Numbered from the stretch's first letter, positions 27,724 to 37,685 are shown. The stretch is DNA of 62,532 nucleotides from an uncultured virus (IMG/VR IMGVR_UViG_3300047471_001174) (IMGVR_UViG_3300047471_001174), one strand, 5' to 3'. The notes: generated from the letters alone by a model not told the origin. Program-made: numbers and translations.

Positions 27724-28232
27724 TGTTGATCCCAGGCCTTAGCGGCTGACAACATGTTTTCAAGTAGTGTTTTATTGGCCAGCTTAACCGCCTCACCGTG
27801 CCAACGATCGAGCGTCTCCGGGGGAGTCATTTCCAACAGGTCTAACTGCGTCTCGATGCGGGTGATCATCCGTTGGATAGGCGTACGCCGTTCCGAAACA
27901 TCAAGATTGAGCGGTGTTATTTTTCCTCCTTTAATCAAATCGGCAAAACGACCCATCGCCCGCTCGCCCTGGCGAGTCAGATAACTAAACGATATCTGGT
28001 CCTGCAGCAAGTTAACCCACAGGTCGCCGGGACGCAGGAAGTAACCAGTTTGATCAGTCACCCAGTCCAACACTCGCTGATTTAGTGCCGCGTCGACATT
28101 GTGCTCATTGCCTTGGAACTGTGGAGGCCTAGTCAACTGAAACTTACGAATCATCTCGGTGTCCATCACCATCGCCTTTCGTGTCAGCCGCTCTTTGAAC
28201 CTGCTCGGCCACGAGATACAGCCGCGGGACAA
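27720..28232 (-). CDS. hypothetical protein
   Basis: ORF; true start probably near 28172. Confidence 0.6.
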   Translation of the reverse strand: MSRGCISWPSRFKERLTRKAMVMDTEMIRKFQLTRPPQFQGNEHNVDAALNQRVLDWVTDQTGYFLRPGDLWVNLLQDQISFSYLTRQGERAMGRFADLIKGGKITPLNLDVSERRTPIQRMITRIETQLDLLEMTPPETLDRWHGEAVKLANKTLLENMLSAAKAWDQQ

Positions 28233-28355
28233 TTCGATCGATCTCAGCCCACTGCGTATCAGTTACGTGCTCAGTCGATTGAAGAATTAGAGTCAGCTGG
28301 TTTTGCATCGTCTCCAGTTGGTTACGCCTATCCCAGAGTGGATCTTCCGTGGTCA

Positions 28356-29342
28356 TCATTTCTCTCCAGGGAAAAGTTCGTGAGTGAGACCGTGGATTGT
28401 TACCGGGATGCAACCCACGCACATAGCCTGCAGCCCGGCGGCCACGTTAGCCAAAGCACAAGCAGCAAGTGATCCATTTGCATACTGCGTCATGGCGAAA
28501 ACGGCCATGAACTGATCGCCGCAGCCTGTCACATCGACCGGATATCTGGGGACAGTCAGCAGCATAGGACTACTGGTCGCGGGTGTCGCATAATCACAGC
28601 CGCCACTCCCCTGTGTTGTGACCACACAAGCATTCATCGCGTGAGCCAGATCAGCCGCTGTCATCCCCAATGATTTTTTACGATTGGTGACAAAGTAAGG
28701 GAAGTACTCCCCCTGACCGCGGTAAGTGTTCATCCAGTGCGGGTCATCCGGGGGATCGACATAGCGAATGCCCAACGTGCCAGTCTGACGCGGCAAAGCC
28801 TTGAACAAGGCCTGGGTGCAAAATCCTTTGTTGTAGTCGCTGATGATAATGACATGGGCGTCTTCGAAGACCACGCAACGCTCAGCCTTGACCCGCAGCT
28901 CGTTCGTGGTCAACCGCATCGGTCTGACGCATTCATTGTCAATGCGCAGCATTTGCTGATGGTACCTGTCCAGAATGGCCCAGATTCTCGTTTTCGTGGG
29001 CGTGACACCCATCGATCCGTCATGGAATACGCCACGCGTGTCGACATTAGAACACTCGAGCTCGTCCATTAGCGCGTGTGTTTCCTCTGGCGCGTCGTCA
29101 GGACGCCAGATTCGTCCGAAGAGGCTGACCTTGGCGCCCAAGGCCGCACACATCACAGCCACACTAGCCGCACCGCCCGGCTGGATGTTGGTATGGCTCT
29201 GTTTCAAGACCTGCACGGGCGCCTCTTGGCTCAGCTTGTGCGGCCCGCAGAAAATGTGGTTATCGATCATGATATCACCGACGACCAGAACGGGCAGATT
29301 CTCCCAGCTTTCAGTGATCTTTTCAAACTCTTGTGAATTCAT
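28356..29342 (-). CDS. PfkB-family kinase, HldE/RfaE heptose-7-phosphate kinase-like
   Basis: VLVVGDIMID, SQEAPVQV, PGGAASVA, TKTRI, QQMLRID, ISDYNKG, DVTGCGD. Confidence 0.85.
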   Translation of the reverse strand: MNSQEFEKITESWENLPVLVVGDIMIDNHIFCGPHKLSQEAPVQVLKQSHTNIQPGGAASVAVMCAALGAKVSLFGRIWRPDDAPEETHALMDELECSNVDTRGVFHDGSMGVTPTKTRIWAILDRYHQQMLRIDNECVRPMRLTTNELRVKAERCVVFEDAHVIIISDYNKGFCTQALFKALPRQTGTLGIRYVDPPDDPHWMNTYRGQGEYFPYFVTNRKKSLGMTAADLAHAMNACVVTTQGSGGCDYATPATSSPMLLTVPRYPVDVTGCGDQFMAVFAMTQYANGSLAACALANVAAGLQAMCVGCIPVTIHGLTHELFPGEK

Positions 29343-29751
29343 GTTCCCCTCCCAACGTAGAATTAGCGTTGTCCCAGAAAGCCTGGCCCGTCAGACCGAT
29401 TATTGAAACGTACAAGGGCCTGCCAGCTACTCCTCGAATCATCTGCACCAACTTGGTCCCGTAGCCTTTCCGTCGATGCTCGGGCGTAACGTAAACGCTC
29501 AAGTTGGTTTTCGACTTCTCCTTCAATAGCACACCCGCGCCGATCACTTCACCATCAAAGAATAGCCCGGCGATCAGCTCAATATCGTCGGGCCTCTGGT
29601 AGTGCTCCTGAAGCGTTCGGCCCGGGACGTACAGGGCCTTCAGCAGTGCTGCCAGGCAAAACATCCTCTTCGCCCCCTCGTGAGTGAAAAGAATGATCTC
29701 TGCACCGTTGAAGCTGGCAAACCATCCGTCTAAAGCTGAGGTGCCGGTCAT
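29323..29751 (-). CDS. GNAT acetyltransferase
   Basis: VYVTPEHRRKGYGTKLV acetyl-CoA binding motif. Confidence 0.8.
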   Translation of the reverse strand: MTGTSALDGWFASFNGAEIILFTHEGAKRMFCLAALLKALYVPGRTLQEHYQRPDDIELIAGLFFDGEVIGAGVLLKEKSKTNLSVYVTPEHRRKGYGTKLVQMIRGVAGRPLYVSIIGLTGQAFWDNANSTLGGEHEFTRV

Positions 29752-30134
29752 TCTTCTTCCTCGCCCGGTAGAGACAATCGAGGAAATTCAACAAGCGAAC
29801 CCTGGCTCACAGCGACATCCTGCCGCGGTTCACGACGCCAGTACTCCGCACGCAGGTGGTTGGCTATATCCGCCGGGGGCATCCGGCATTCTCGGTAGAT
29901 GATCTGATCGAGCTCCTGGCAAAGACACCAGAGCACGGAAAAGATTATCGTAAAGAAGAAATTACATACAACCATCGTCCAATGGTCAAACCAACCAGCA
30001 GTTAATGAAAACAGAACGCACAGAGCAGAGAACACCAGGCAGCCTCGTTTGTGCTGCTGCAATCGACGCCGCTGCTCTCTACGTTCCAGGACATCACCAA
30101 CTGCGTCCACGATTTTATCTGGAAATGGCGTCAT
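29748..30134 (-). CDS. membrane protein with two TM helices
   Basis: Two hydrophobic segments; ATGA overlaps on both sides. Confidence 0.65.
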   Translation of the reverse strand: MTPFPDKIVDAVGDVLERREQRRRLQQHKRGCLVFSALCVLFSLTAGWFDHWTMVVCNFFFTIIFSVLWCLCQELDQIIYRECRMPPADIANHLRAEYWRREPRQDVAVSQGSLVEFPRLSLPGEEEE

Positions 30135-30293
30135 GCGAAGAAATCCTTCGGCCAGGGGTTGCGAGTACCGTCTGTTGCAAACTGCATCAGCTTGTCGATC
30201 ACCATGTCAGTAAACTCGGGGTCAATGCCCAAAGCTTTGCATGCGTCACATGTCCTGGCAATAGCCAGATATTTGGAGTCACCGCTATGCACT

Positions 30294-30659
30294 TCACTGA
30301 TGATGGAGCGTAGCAGCAGAAGGACCACTGTCGCGGCTGGCGAGTTCCCAGAGAATCCTTCGACGATCTGTATTGCCGATAGGACTGCAACATCCCGCTC
30401 CAAAGGCTGGAGCGGTTTTCCAGTCGGGACTCTGGACAATTTGTTCGTAGATTCCGCACGTGTAACGAGGATGGTGCTCATCGAACTGCTCGATCTGTAC
30501 GAGGAATTTGCAAGACAGGTTAGTCGGGCTGGTTACAGCACCGAACGGACAGGGACGCTGTTTACAACAATAGCCGGAACCTACGCAGGTCCGGCCATCT
30601 TCTGCGAGTTCAAGCATTTGTGTTCTCCTGAGATCAGCCCACCTCAGCTGCGATGGCAT
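30294..30659 (-). CDS. Cys-cluster protein (YkgJ-like metal/Fe-S binding)
   Basis: C..SGYCC...PC...CKFL...CGIYE...GAGCC. Confidence 0.6.
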   Translation of the reverse strand: MPSQLRWADLRRTQMLELAEDGRTCVGSGYCCKQRPCPFGAVTSPTNLSCKFLVQIEQFDEHHPRYTCGIYEQIVQSPDWKTAPAFGAGCCSPIGNTDRRRILWELASRDSGPSAATLHHQ

Positions 30660-31077
30660 CCAATTCCATCTTCTGCTTCAGCTCGGGACTGATGATCGCG
30701 TTAAGACGAGCTTCCAGCTTATCGAGAGCCTCCTTTTTAGCTGTCAGCTGGATCTGATCAATCCGTAGCGACAAATCCTGGAACCAGTCTTCCACGCTGA
30801 ACCCGTTCCACACGAATGCCGGGCACGGATCGACGCCCAGGCGTCTGGCCGCGTTGAAGAATGACTGAGACCTGTCGATCAGGAATGCGCCGATGGTCAC
30901 CAGCTTAGACACGTCGCACAGTACATGAACATTCACAGCCGTGTTCTGTTGACCGTCGATAAATGGAAATGAACAATTGGTCTTCCAAACCGGCCGCTCG
31001 ATTTTGCGAATCTCAGCCTTCTTGGCCTGGACCTTCTCGATCAGCTCCATCGTCTGTTTGTCTGCGGCTTTCGCCAT
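30634..31077 (-). CDS. hypothetical phage protein
   Basis: 147 aa; start shares a base with the upstream stop. Confidence 0.75.
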   Translation of the reverse strand: MAKAADKQTMELIEKVQAKKAEIRKIERPVWKTNCSFPFIDGQQNTAVNVHVLCDVSKLVTIGAFLIDRSQSFFNAARRLGVDPCPAFVWNGFSVEDWFQDLSLRIDQIQLTAKKEALDKLEARLNAIISPELKQKMELDAIAAEVG

Positions 31078-32198
31078 TAGTAGTGACTCCTAAACGGGTA
31101 ATAATTAACGTCGAACTGGGCTCCGCTGGCCAGTTCCACCCACAATGTTTGACCGGTCGGCTCAATCCACTCCATCATATCTCGGTGGCCAAGCGACCAA
31201 TGGTCATATCCCGCCCGGCCCCCAGGTTTTATCGCCACCGCCGAGTAGGTGTCTTTCATCAGCGCGCCGGAGTGCACATTCAACCACAGGTGACCGTACG
31301 CCTCTTCGTGCGTAATGATCGTTGGTTGAATGTGAGTTCCTCGTGAACCACAACGCAGAAATCGACCGTCTGGTCTTTCAACAAACCAGTTCTGATTTTT
31401 GGGATCAGCCGTGGGCTTCAAGAACAACCGTTTTGGCGGGCTTCCGTGTACCGACTTGTTGTACTCGTCGACCAATTCGGCGTAATTCGAAGCAACGACG
31501 GCCGTTTCCAATGTGGCCAACTTCTTGACATTCTTCAAGTACAACCAGCGTTGGTACTCCGACTCTGCTTTCGCGTTGTAGAACACGAACAATTTCTGTT
31601 TGAACGGCCCGGATGTACTGCCGTTTCGATTTCTCCACAGCCCCTGATAGTAGTCAAATCGGCCGATATAGATCAGCGACACCTCTTGGTACGTCAGGTA
31701 CGTGGCACCGGGAATGAGATCCTTAACATGCACACGTTGAGCCTGCAGCTTGGTAAAACTAACGCACTCCTTGTACTCCTTGGATGCGACAGGCAATAAT
31801 ATCAGGCTTTGCTTGTTCCAGGCGTACACACACTCAGCTTCCAATCCCTTGCCGCGGCTACAGTCGGATTCTTGCAGCAAGAACAGCAAATTGGGAACTG
31901 TGATCTCAATTTCGAAGCCACGCGGGTCATACACGCGGACTTTCTCAATCCTCACGTTGTGGCCCCAAGACTGCTTGGCGCCGCCCACCTGTCTGTTGAG
32001 CACAAAGCCATGCCGGGGCTTGTTGTCGTACTCGACCGGCTCGATCGTCTTGTCTCGCCAGCCCTCCCAGGATTTCTCCTTTTGTAATTTGCCGGAATGG
32101 TCAAAGAAGATCACGTACGCCAGTTGCCCGGTGTACGTGTCTTCACGTTTGTTGAACCCGACCTTGAGTCGATCAGGCACGTACAGCTGTGTTTTCAC
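31077..32198 (-). CDS. conserved-looking hypothetical phage protein
   Basis: 373 aa; KVGF..R.DTYTG.LAYV and RVYDPRGFEIEIT..NLL resemble a large-phage family (from memory). Confidence 0.75.
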   Translation of the reverse strand: MKTQLYVPDRLKVGFNKREDTYTGQLAYVIFFDHSGKLQKEKSWEGWRDKTIEPVEYDNKPRHGFVLNRQVGGAKQSWGHNVRIEKVRVYDPRGFEIEITVPNLLFLLQESDCSRGKGLEAECVYAWNKQSLILLPVASKEYKECVSFTKLQAQRVHVKDLIPGATYLTYQEVSLIYIGRFDYYQGLWRNRNGSTSGPFKQKLFVFYNAKAESEYQRWLYLKNVKKLATLETAVVASNYAELVDEYNKSVHGSPPKRLFLKPTADPKNQNWFVERPDGRFLRCGSRGTHIQPTIITHEEAYGHLWLNVHSGALMKDTYSAVAIKPGGRAGYDHWSLGHRDMMEWIEPTGQTLWVELASGAQFDVNYYPFRSHY

Positions 32199-32514
32199 TG
32201 GCTTCCTCGGGTAAAGAATTGATAACTTCGTCCAACTTGTCGATCACTTCCTGCTGTGTCCGGCCGGCAGCGTCATTCCAGTGAGCTACTCCGTAGCCTG
32301 CGGACAATGACGGCAAGAGACGTCTGACCGCAGCAATTGCCCCAGCGACCAAATCCGGATAACTCGACTCGTCAGCTGCTTGTGCCGCCGACATTACAAT
32401 AGCGTACGTCACACAATAACATGTGCGTCCGTCTCTCTCACAGCACGAGCGGCGTTGGCACCAACCCTGCCGAATCAAATCCAGTGCCCCAACCACGACA
32501 TCACGGATGGTCAT
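32173..32514 (-). CDS. DUF6197-like protein
   Basis: GWCQ...YC...AI...WND..GRT..EV. Confidence 0.65.
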   Translation of the reverse strand: MTIRDVVVGALDLIRQGWCQRRSCCERDGRTCYCVTYAIVMSAAQAADESSYPDLVAGAIAAVRRLLPSLSAGYGVAHWNDAAGRTQQEVIDKLDEVINSLPEEASENTAVRA

Positions 32515-32804
32515 GGTAGATTCTCCAAACGGTTGTTGATCATCCTGGCGATATCCTTCGCCGTGTCATACTGAATTGTGCGCTTGAATGATTCCTTGTG
32601 GGCCTCCGGATTGCCCGCGTCCCGCGAGAAATTCATCGATGCTTCTTTCGCTCTGGCATCCGCCAAGAACATGTAATTATTCACCAGCATCAGAATGGAC
32701 TCCTTCCACTCCTTTGTCAGCTTCAAGAACGCCGGCGGGTACTTAGGCTTCGGCGTCCTCTTCCTCGGCTTCTTCTTCAGCTTGCATTTCTTCGAGTCGG
32801 GCAT
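32511..32804 (-). CDS. basic hypothetical protein
   Basis: AAGGAG RBS; Lys-rich N-terminus. Confidence 0.6.
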   Translation of the reverse strand: MPDSKKCKLKKKPRKRTPKPKYPPAFLKLTKEWKESILMLVNNYMFLADARAKEASMNFSRDAGNPEAHKESFKRTIQYDTAKDIARMINNRLENLP

Positions 32805-33087
32805 AGTACCGCTCCTTTACTTCGTCAAAATTTTGAGTGATACAAATATCAACGCCTTTCGATCTCCCGTACTGCAACAGCATGCCAAGGAGCGTGCACG
32901 AGTCCTTAGCCGGATCCCACTGTTGTGACGCGTCAATAAACATCGCGTGTTTACCTTCCGCGGCGATCTCTTTGACCGAGTCTGCCATGTCCGGCAGATA
33001 GAACTCAACCGTGTCGCAGACGTTCTGCATGTACTTTGAATGCTGCTCGTTAGTGAGTGGCTTAGGTTCCTTGAGGCTGACAATCAT
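32743..33087 (-). CDS. hypothetical protein
   Basis: 114-aa ORF with an acidic tail overlapping the next gene. Confidence 0.6.
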   Translation of the reverse strand: MIVSLKEPKPLTNEQHSKYMQNVCDTVEFYLPDMADSVKEIAAEGKHAMFIDASQQWDPAKDSCTLLGMLLQYGRSKGVDICITQNFDEVKERYYARLEEMQAEEEAEEEDAEA

Positions 33088-33601
33088 CGGCCTTCTCCTG
33101 TACGCTTAGAGCCAGCTCGACAGCCTCTGCGAGCGAGTTACTGACTATTGTCTGGTAACGGAAATGCACCAGCTTAAACGCCCCGTCCTCGACTGACAAT
33201 TGCCATTCTGCCAGCTTGGTCCGCCACGTCTCAATCACCCCGCTCAACTTTTCAGCCTGCCTGGCTCGGTCTTTGGCCTCATCCAGCTTGGCTGTGAGCT
33301 CATCGAACGACGTTGTCACATGGGCATTGATTTCAGAGATTCGCTCCATGTGCTTGGCAATCACCCTGTCGCACTGCCTAGCAGTCGTATAAGCCAAGGT
33401 CGAATCAACCCCTCTGGATGAAATGGCCTGCCGCAGCGTGTCAGCCGCCTCGGACAGAACATCCGTAAAATCGAACAGGATCTCAGCCGCTTTGCGGTAA
33501 TGGCTTTTCACGATGGCCATCTCGTGTTTCAGTCTGCGAAGATTGTTGTCTCGCAGCTTGAGCTCTCGCTCGTGCGACAGGATCGGATCTCTACTATGCA
33601 T
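33062..33601 (-). CDS. hypothetical coiled-coil protein
   Basis: Start MHSRDP; helical composition. Confidence 0.65.
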   Translation of the reverse strand: MHSRDPILSHERELKLRDNNLRRLKHEMAIVKSHYRKAAEILFDFTDVLSEAADTLRQAISSRGVDSTLAYTTARQCDRVIAKHMERISEINAHVTTSFDELTAKLDEAKDRARQAEKLSGVIETWRTKLAEWQLSVEDGAFKLVHFRYQTIVSNSLAEAVELALSVQEKADDCQPQGT

Positions 33602-34046
33602 TGGGCTTCCCCGAATCTTTCGGTGACTTTCTCCGCGATTCCTTCGCCAGAACAATCGCCTCGTTAAATAGGCGAAGAATGTCCTCCTTTCCTTTGGCGA
33701 CCTTGTCGTTAAAGTCGATCAGCGATATAAACCGTCGATGCTTTTGCAAAATTTCGTCAATATAAGCTCTGGCCACTGCTCGCCCAATCAACGAACCGGA
33801 TACGCGAGTAATAGCCCCCGAAGCGCACAGACCGACAAGCCGCCTGTCCGAACACTCGATCAGTTCTGCAAAAACGGCCTCCCTCGTTACGTGCTTGCCT
33901 CTACGCACACTCATATGCGCACCGCGAATCCACCGTTTCCGTTGCAACAAATCTCTCGCCGCAATCAGAATCTTCACCGGCGATTTGAATTGAGGCCTAG
34001 CTGTCTTCTTCCTCTTCTTCGATTTCGCTCGCGAGAGGCTCGTCAT
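33594..34046 (-). CDS. DUF6197-like protein
   Basis: IL.AARDLL...W.RG...LCASGAI...FND...ED.L.LF..AI. Confidence 0.6.
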   Translation of the reverse strand: MTSLSRAKSKKRKKTARPQFKSPVKILIAARDLLQRKRWIRGAHMSVRRGKHVTREAVFAELIECSDRRLVGLCASGAITRVSGSLIGRAVARAYIDEILQKHRRFISLIDFNDKVAKGKEDILRLFNEAIVLAKESRRKSPKDSGKPNA

Positions 34047-34239
34047 TGATCAATCTACCTTTCTTGGGAAAAACACCAGTTTGCACAACCAGACGAATAC
34101 AAGCTTCGCAGATGTCCTGAATGTCTCCGTCACGGCCTTTGGCAACCGCCACGATTCGAAATTCGTTGTAATGAACTGGGAACCCCTGGCCATCATCCCT
34201 AATCACCCGGTCACAGATATTACAATGTCTCTTGATCAT
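33997..34239 (-). CDS. small zinc-binding hypothetical protein
   Basis: CNIC...CEAC; GAGGAG RBS. Confidence 0.65.
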   Translation of the reverse strand: MIKRHCNICDRVIRDDGQGFPVHYNEFRIVAVAKGRDGDIQDICEACIRLVVQTGVFPKKGRLINDEPLASEIEEEEEDS

Positions 34240-34554
34240 CTAATCTCCTCGACAAAATGGTCGTTTGAATCTGTTCCCGCGGATCCGTCGGGTTGTCGCC
34301 GTCCTGATCCAGATAAGACAGCCGCCGCGACTCACCAGTAAACTCGGACGGATGCCGGTAGCTCAAGTCCTCGAAGTACCACTCGCTGAGACCCCAGACT
34401 GAGGACCATGTATTCCAGTGGTACTGTCAGACAGGCGCCACCAGTTTCCCCGTCTTCTCCGCCCAATCAACGAACAAAGCACTGGGGATCTCCACCCAGT
34501 GCTTGCCATCGTGAACCCCCAGATCGATACCGCCGTCGATCACATCCTGATCGG

Positions 34555-34980
34555 TCATATATCTGTCCTCTGGAATGTGTGACGCAGTTTCTCCCGCAGA
34601 TTAGACAGCCCGGGTGTCACCGTCAGTCCGTAGATCTCTGCCGGAGTAAACCAGCCCAGACCGAGCGTTCCGTCGAGCGGCAGGATGGGCCCAGTTCCCT
34701 GCATCTCGTGCGACATGATGTACGTACGCAGCTCGACTTCCTCTTTACAGCTCGGCGGTCCGAACAACTGCACGTCAAAAATCTCTGTTGGCGGCTGATA
34801 CCAGACACCGATCTCTTCCCGCAGCTCACGAACCAGGGCGGCCGCCGGGTCGGAATCAGTCAGTTCCATCTTCCCGCCCGGATGACACCAGCAGAACGCG
34901 TAATCGGGCCCCTCCCGCTGAGTGAGGAGAATCCGCTTGCGATCCTTCGACAAAATGATTCCCGCTACGACGACTTGCAT
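34555..34980 (-). CDS. Nudix hydrolase (MutT-like)
   Basis: ILLTQR...WCHPGGKME..DS.P.AALVRELREEIG Nudix box. Confidence 0.9.
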   Translation of the reverse strand: MQVVVAGIILSKDRKRILLTQREGPDYAFCWCHPGGKMELTDSDPAAALVRELREEIGVWYQPPTEIFDVQLFGPPSCKEEVELRTYIMSHEMQGTGPILPLDGTLGLGWFTPAEIYGLTVTPGLSNLREKLRHTFQRTDI

Positions 34981-35186
34981 GATCGTTCCTTCTCGATTTC
35001 ATTGTAGAGATGTGTGGCCAGATGGTACGCTTCAAAACTCTTCAAACGACTGTGAGTACACAGTTGATCCAGCAATTCGGCCGCTGATTTCCAATCGTGA
35101 GCCAGTGCCCGTCGTTTCACCTCAGTCAAGCAAGAAGGCGGAATCCGTTCCGCCCCATGCTTGTCATCCGCCCATTCTCGTGCCAT
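34965..35186 (-). CDS. small hypothetical protein
   Basis: 73 aa; fills the gap and has an RBS. Confidence 0.55.
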   Translation of the reverse strand: MAREWADDKHGAERIPPSCLTEVKRRALAHDWKSAAELLDQLCTHSRLKSFEAYHLATHLYNEIEKERSCKSS

Positions 35187-35196
35187 TCGGCCCCTT

Positions 35197-35772
35197 TCAT
35201 GTCCACATGTACTTTCGAACGGCGATGAGCCTGGTCAACATTGCCTGATCTTCAGCTCGAAGATCGCTGTAGGAAATCCCGGCCTGCTCATACGCGTCCC
35301 GCGGGGCTGTGCCTCTGGGATATCGGTCGATCACATCGTCGATTCTCCTCAGCAGCACAGGACGTAAAATCCACCAGTCGTAAAGAGCAACCAGTTCGAT
35401 ATCGGCTTTCCTCCTGGGCTCCTGCACTTCGGCGCCTGCTCCGTATTCAAAGGGATTTTCTTTCTCGATAAAATCGACCAGGCACTGGAAACACGCGTGG
35501 AGCATCACTTCGTCCCGGTCATTCCACGTTGGTGGCAGGGTCTGAATGCGGACGACGTTGTACTGGTGCCACAGACGGCACTTGAGCCAATACCACGGCT
35601 CACGCACAAGCTGTCGCCATGTGCGTGACAGCCGGATCGGCAACGTCCACGACAGGAAGAAGCGTACTGGATGATGCTTCCTTGCGTCCTCTTCGAATTT
35701 GTCCCACTCCTCGACCGTCCCGGCGTCAGGTTGGTCGGGCACCTCAAACCACATTCGAAATGATTCTCGCAT
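35197..35772 (-). CDS. hypothetical phage protein (Trp-rich)
   Basis: W.DRDE.MLHACFQ.LVDF.E.E...LY.WW...ML.RLI..R..MWT. Confidence 0.75.
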   Translation of the reverse strand: MRESFRMWFEVPDQPDAGTVEEWDKFEEDARKHHPVRFFLSWTLPIRLSRTWRQLVREPWYWLKCRLWHQYNVVRIQTLPPTWNDRDEVMLHACFQCLVDFIEKENPFEYGAGAEVQEPRRKADIELVALYDWWILRPVLLRRIDDVIDRYPRGTAPRDAYEQAGISYSDLRAEDQAMLTRLIAVRKYMWT

Positions 35773-36992
35773 CAGAATGAATCCTTCAAAAAGATTTTAT
35801 CGCTAGCCTTCGGGCCACGCCCGATAACGCTGATCGGGCAGATGCTATCGATTGTGTCGGCGATCTCGACCCACGGCAAGGCCGTCCACTCACCTGGCGA
35901 TCTGTAGACGGAATCCGTCCAACGATGACACTCGTCGGCACGCATACGAACGTGCAACGACTTGCCATCAACCTGATCAACGCAATTGACTGCCAGCGAA
36001 TCAATCCCTTGGGCACTATCCAATGCGTACTCGAGCAAAGCCACATCAGGCCATCCAAATCGCATTCTGCCCTGGTATTCGTTGTGAGGATTGTAGGGAT
36101 CGCTCAATCCCATCACAGATAACTCTTCGGGGCTCATCGCGGTAGGCAACGGGCCAGCGCCATGTCTCGTCATGTACGCTCGGATGATCCCGAGCTGTCG
36201 AACAGACGTGAAAATAACGTCATTTCGATGAATGAGTTCAAGAGCTGATCGCGCAGTCACATCACTCCACGTCGTGTGAGGAGAACACCCGTAATGCTGA
36301 TCCAACAGCAGCCCCTGAGATCCCTCGAAGATCACGACTTCGTCACTTTTGGGCTGTTTGAACTCTAATGGAAGAACCCGCCAAGCCAAATGGAGTGTCG
36401 CAATATCTAGCAAAGCCCGGGCTTCAAGCACAGCGCTGAACTTGTGCTGTAACTCGTACCTGGCAATCATTAGCTCGAGCTTACCAATCAGCCTGTCATA
36501 CCAGACGAGCTGACTCGAATTGGACACCAAATCAGAAGCAACGATCGCGTCAGACCCGTACTTGAGCCAGTACTCCCGTGTAGCCCCAATCCCCATGCCG
36601 CACGAACCATTTTGAATTGTCTCGGCCGATTGTCGGTTGACGTATTTGTGCACCCGCGTTGCGATCAGACAATCAGGATGAATGGTCAGCAGCCTCCACG
36701 GATCCCCGAATCCGAAGTTGGATTTCAATGACTCAGCTTCGTTCCGCATGGCCAACGGATCGATGATCATCGGGTAGTGCAGGTAAGTCATCGCTCCGGC
36801 CAGTGTGCCCGCTCCCCACTGTGAGAACTTGTGCACCCGGCCATCTTCAGTTGTTACGGCGTGCGAGGCCTGGGCGCCGCCGCAGTAGCGAATGACCAGC
36901 TTGCTTTGGTACTTACGAACCAGTGCGTCAACAATCGATCCCTTGCCGCTATCGCCGAAGCCCAAATCACACGTGATTATCGCCCTCATCAT
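35772..36992 (-). CDS. adenylosuccinate synthetase-like protein (divergent PurA)
   Basis: DLGFGDSGKGSIVD, GGAQASH, GSCGMGIG, IFEGSQGLLLD, PHTTWS, YMTRHGAGP. Confidence 0.88.
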   Translation of the reverse strand: MMRAIITCDLGFGDSGKGSIVDALVRKYQSKLVIRYCGGAQASHAVTTEDGRVHKFSQWGAGTLAGAMTYLHYPMIIDPLAMRNEAESLKSNFGFGDPWRLLTIHPDCLIATRVHKYVNRQSAETIQNGSCGMGIGATREYWLKYGSDAIVASDLVSNSSQLVWYDRLIGKLELMIARYELQHKFSAVLEARALLDIATLHLAWRVLPLEFKQPKSDEVVIFEGSQGLLLDQHYGCSPHTTWSDVTARSALELIHRNDVIFTSVRQLGIIRAYMTRHGAGPLPTAMSPEELSVMGLSDPYNPHNEYQGRMRFGWPDVALLEYALDSAQGIDSLAVNCVDQVDGKSLHVRMRADECHRWTDSVYRSPGEWTALPWVEIADTIDSICPISVIGRGPKASDKIFLKDSF

Positions 36993-37305
36993 CGGTCTCC
37001 TGTTCGGGTTGAAGTTTGATGTGATCCGGATCTTGTCTCAATACCATGCAGAGCTGCTTTGCTGACGTCGAACCCAGCCCGGTCATCTGGGCCACCTTGT
37101 GCCACAAAGGACCATGCAATTGGCTGATCTCCGGGAAATCGGGATCCGCGTCTTCTGGAAATCGCTTGAGCATTTCGACCAGGCAGCTGAGACGGCTGTA
37201 TAGCCACAGTATCTCGGCCGCCATAGTCTTAATGTGTCGAGGTGAGTCAGGATCGCCTTCATCTGCCTCTCGCACCATCTGCATGAGTTGTTCTGGTGTG
37301 ATCAC
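36967..37305 (-). CDS. hypothetical protein
   Basis: 112 aa with GTGA overlap. Confidence 0.6.
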   Translation of the reverse strand: MITPEQLMQMVREADEGDPDSPRHIKTMAAEILWLYSRLSCLVEMLKRFPEDADPDFPEISQLHGPLWHKVAQMTGLGSTSAKQLCMVLRQDPDHIKLQPEQETDDEGDNHV

Positions 37306-37685
37306 GCTGACACCTCGTCGCTGAGAGCAATAGCTCGGTCCAACGCGTCCAGAACCTCTTGTAAGGTTCGTTCGGGCTTGTCATTCCACCCGGCGATATC
37401 CTGATTGACCACCCCAACGGCCTGGCTGAATCGGGCCCTGGTAGCGTCAATCGTGCCATAGAACGCGACTAGCCGGAGACTGGACTGGAAATCGGGAGAC
37501 AGGCCGACTGCAGCTGCAATAGCGCCAGAAACGCAGAATCCGCCACAATCACCAGCAGCAATATGGGCTTTCGCATCCGCGATCCAGATCGACTTCCCGT
37601 AACGGTCCCTCGCAAAGGACCCCTTTAGCCAGCCCCAGCGTTCAATGAGCTGCTTGGCTTCGATCAGAGCTTCCTTCGGTGTCAT
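37302..37685 (-). CDS. DUF6197-like protein
   Basis: Start MTPKEAL after GAGGAG; GW.KG...FC..GAI...WND.PERT..EVL.ALDRAI. Confidence 0.7.
   Translation of the reverse strand: MTPKEALIEAKQLIERWGWLKGSFARDRYGKSIWIADAKAHIAAGDCGGFCVSGAIAAAVGLSPDFQSSLRLVAFYGTIDATRARFSQAVGVVNQDIAGWNDKPERTLQEVLDALDRAIALSDEVSA

Noticed and set aside
35772..36992. PurZ (2-aminoadenine DNA) assignment
   Set aside because: The motif is GDSGKG with the PurA Asp rather than the PurZ Ser, and no datZ/mazZ is evident in the window.
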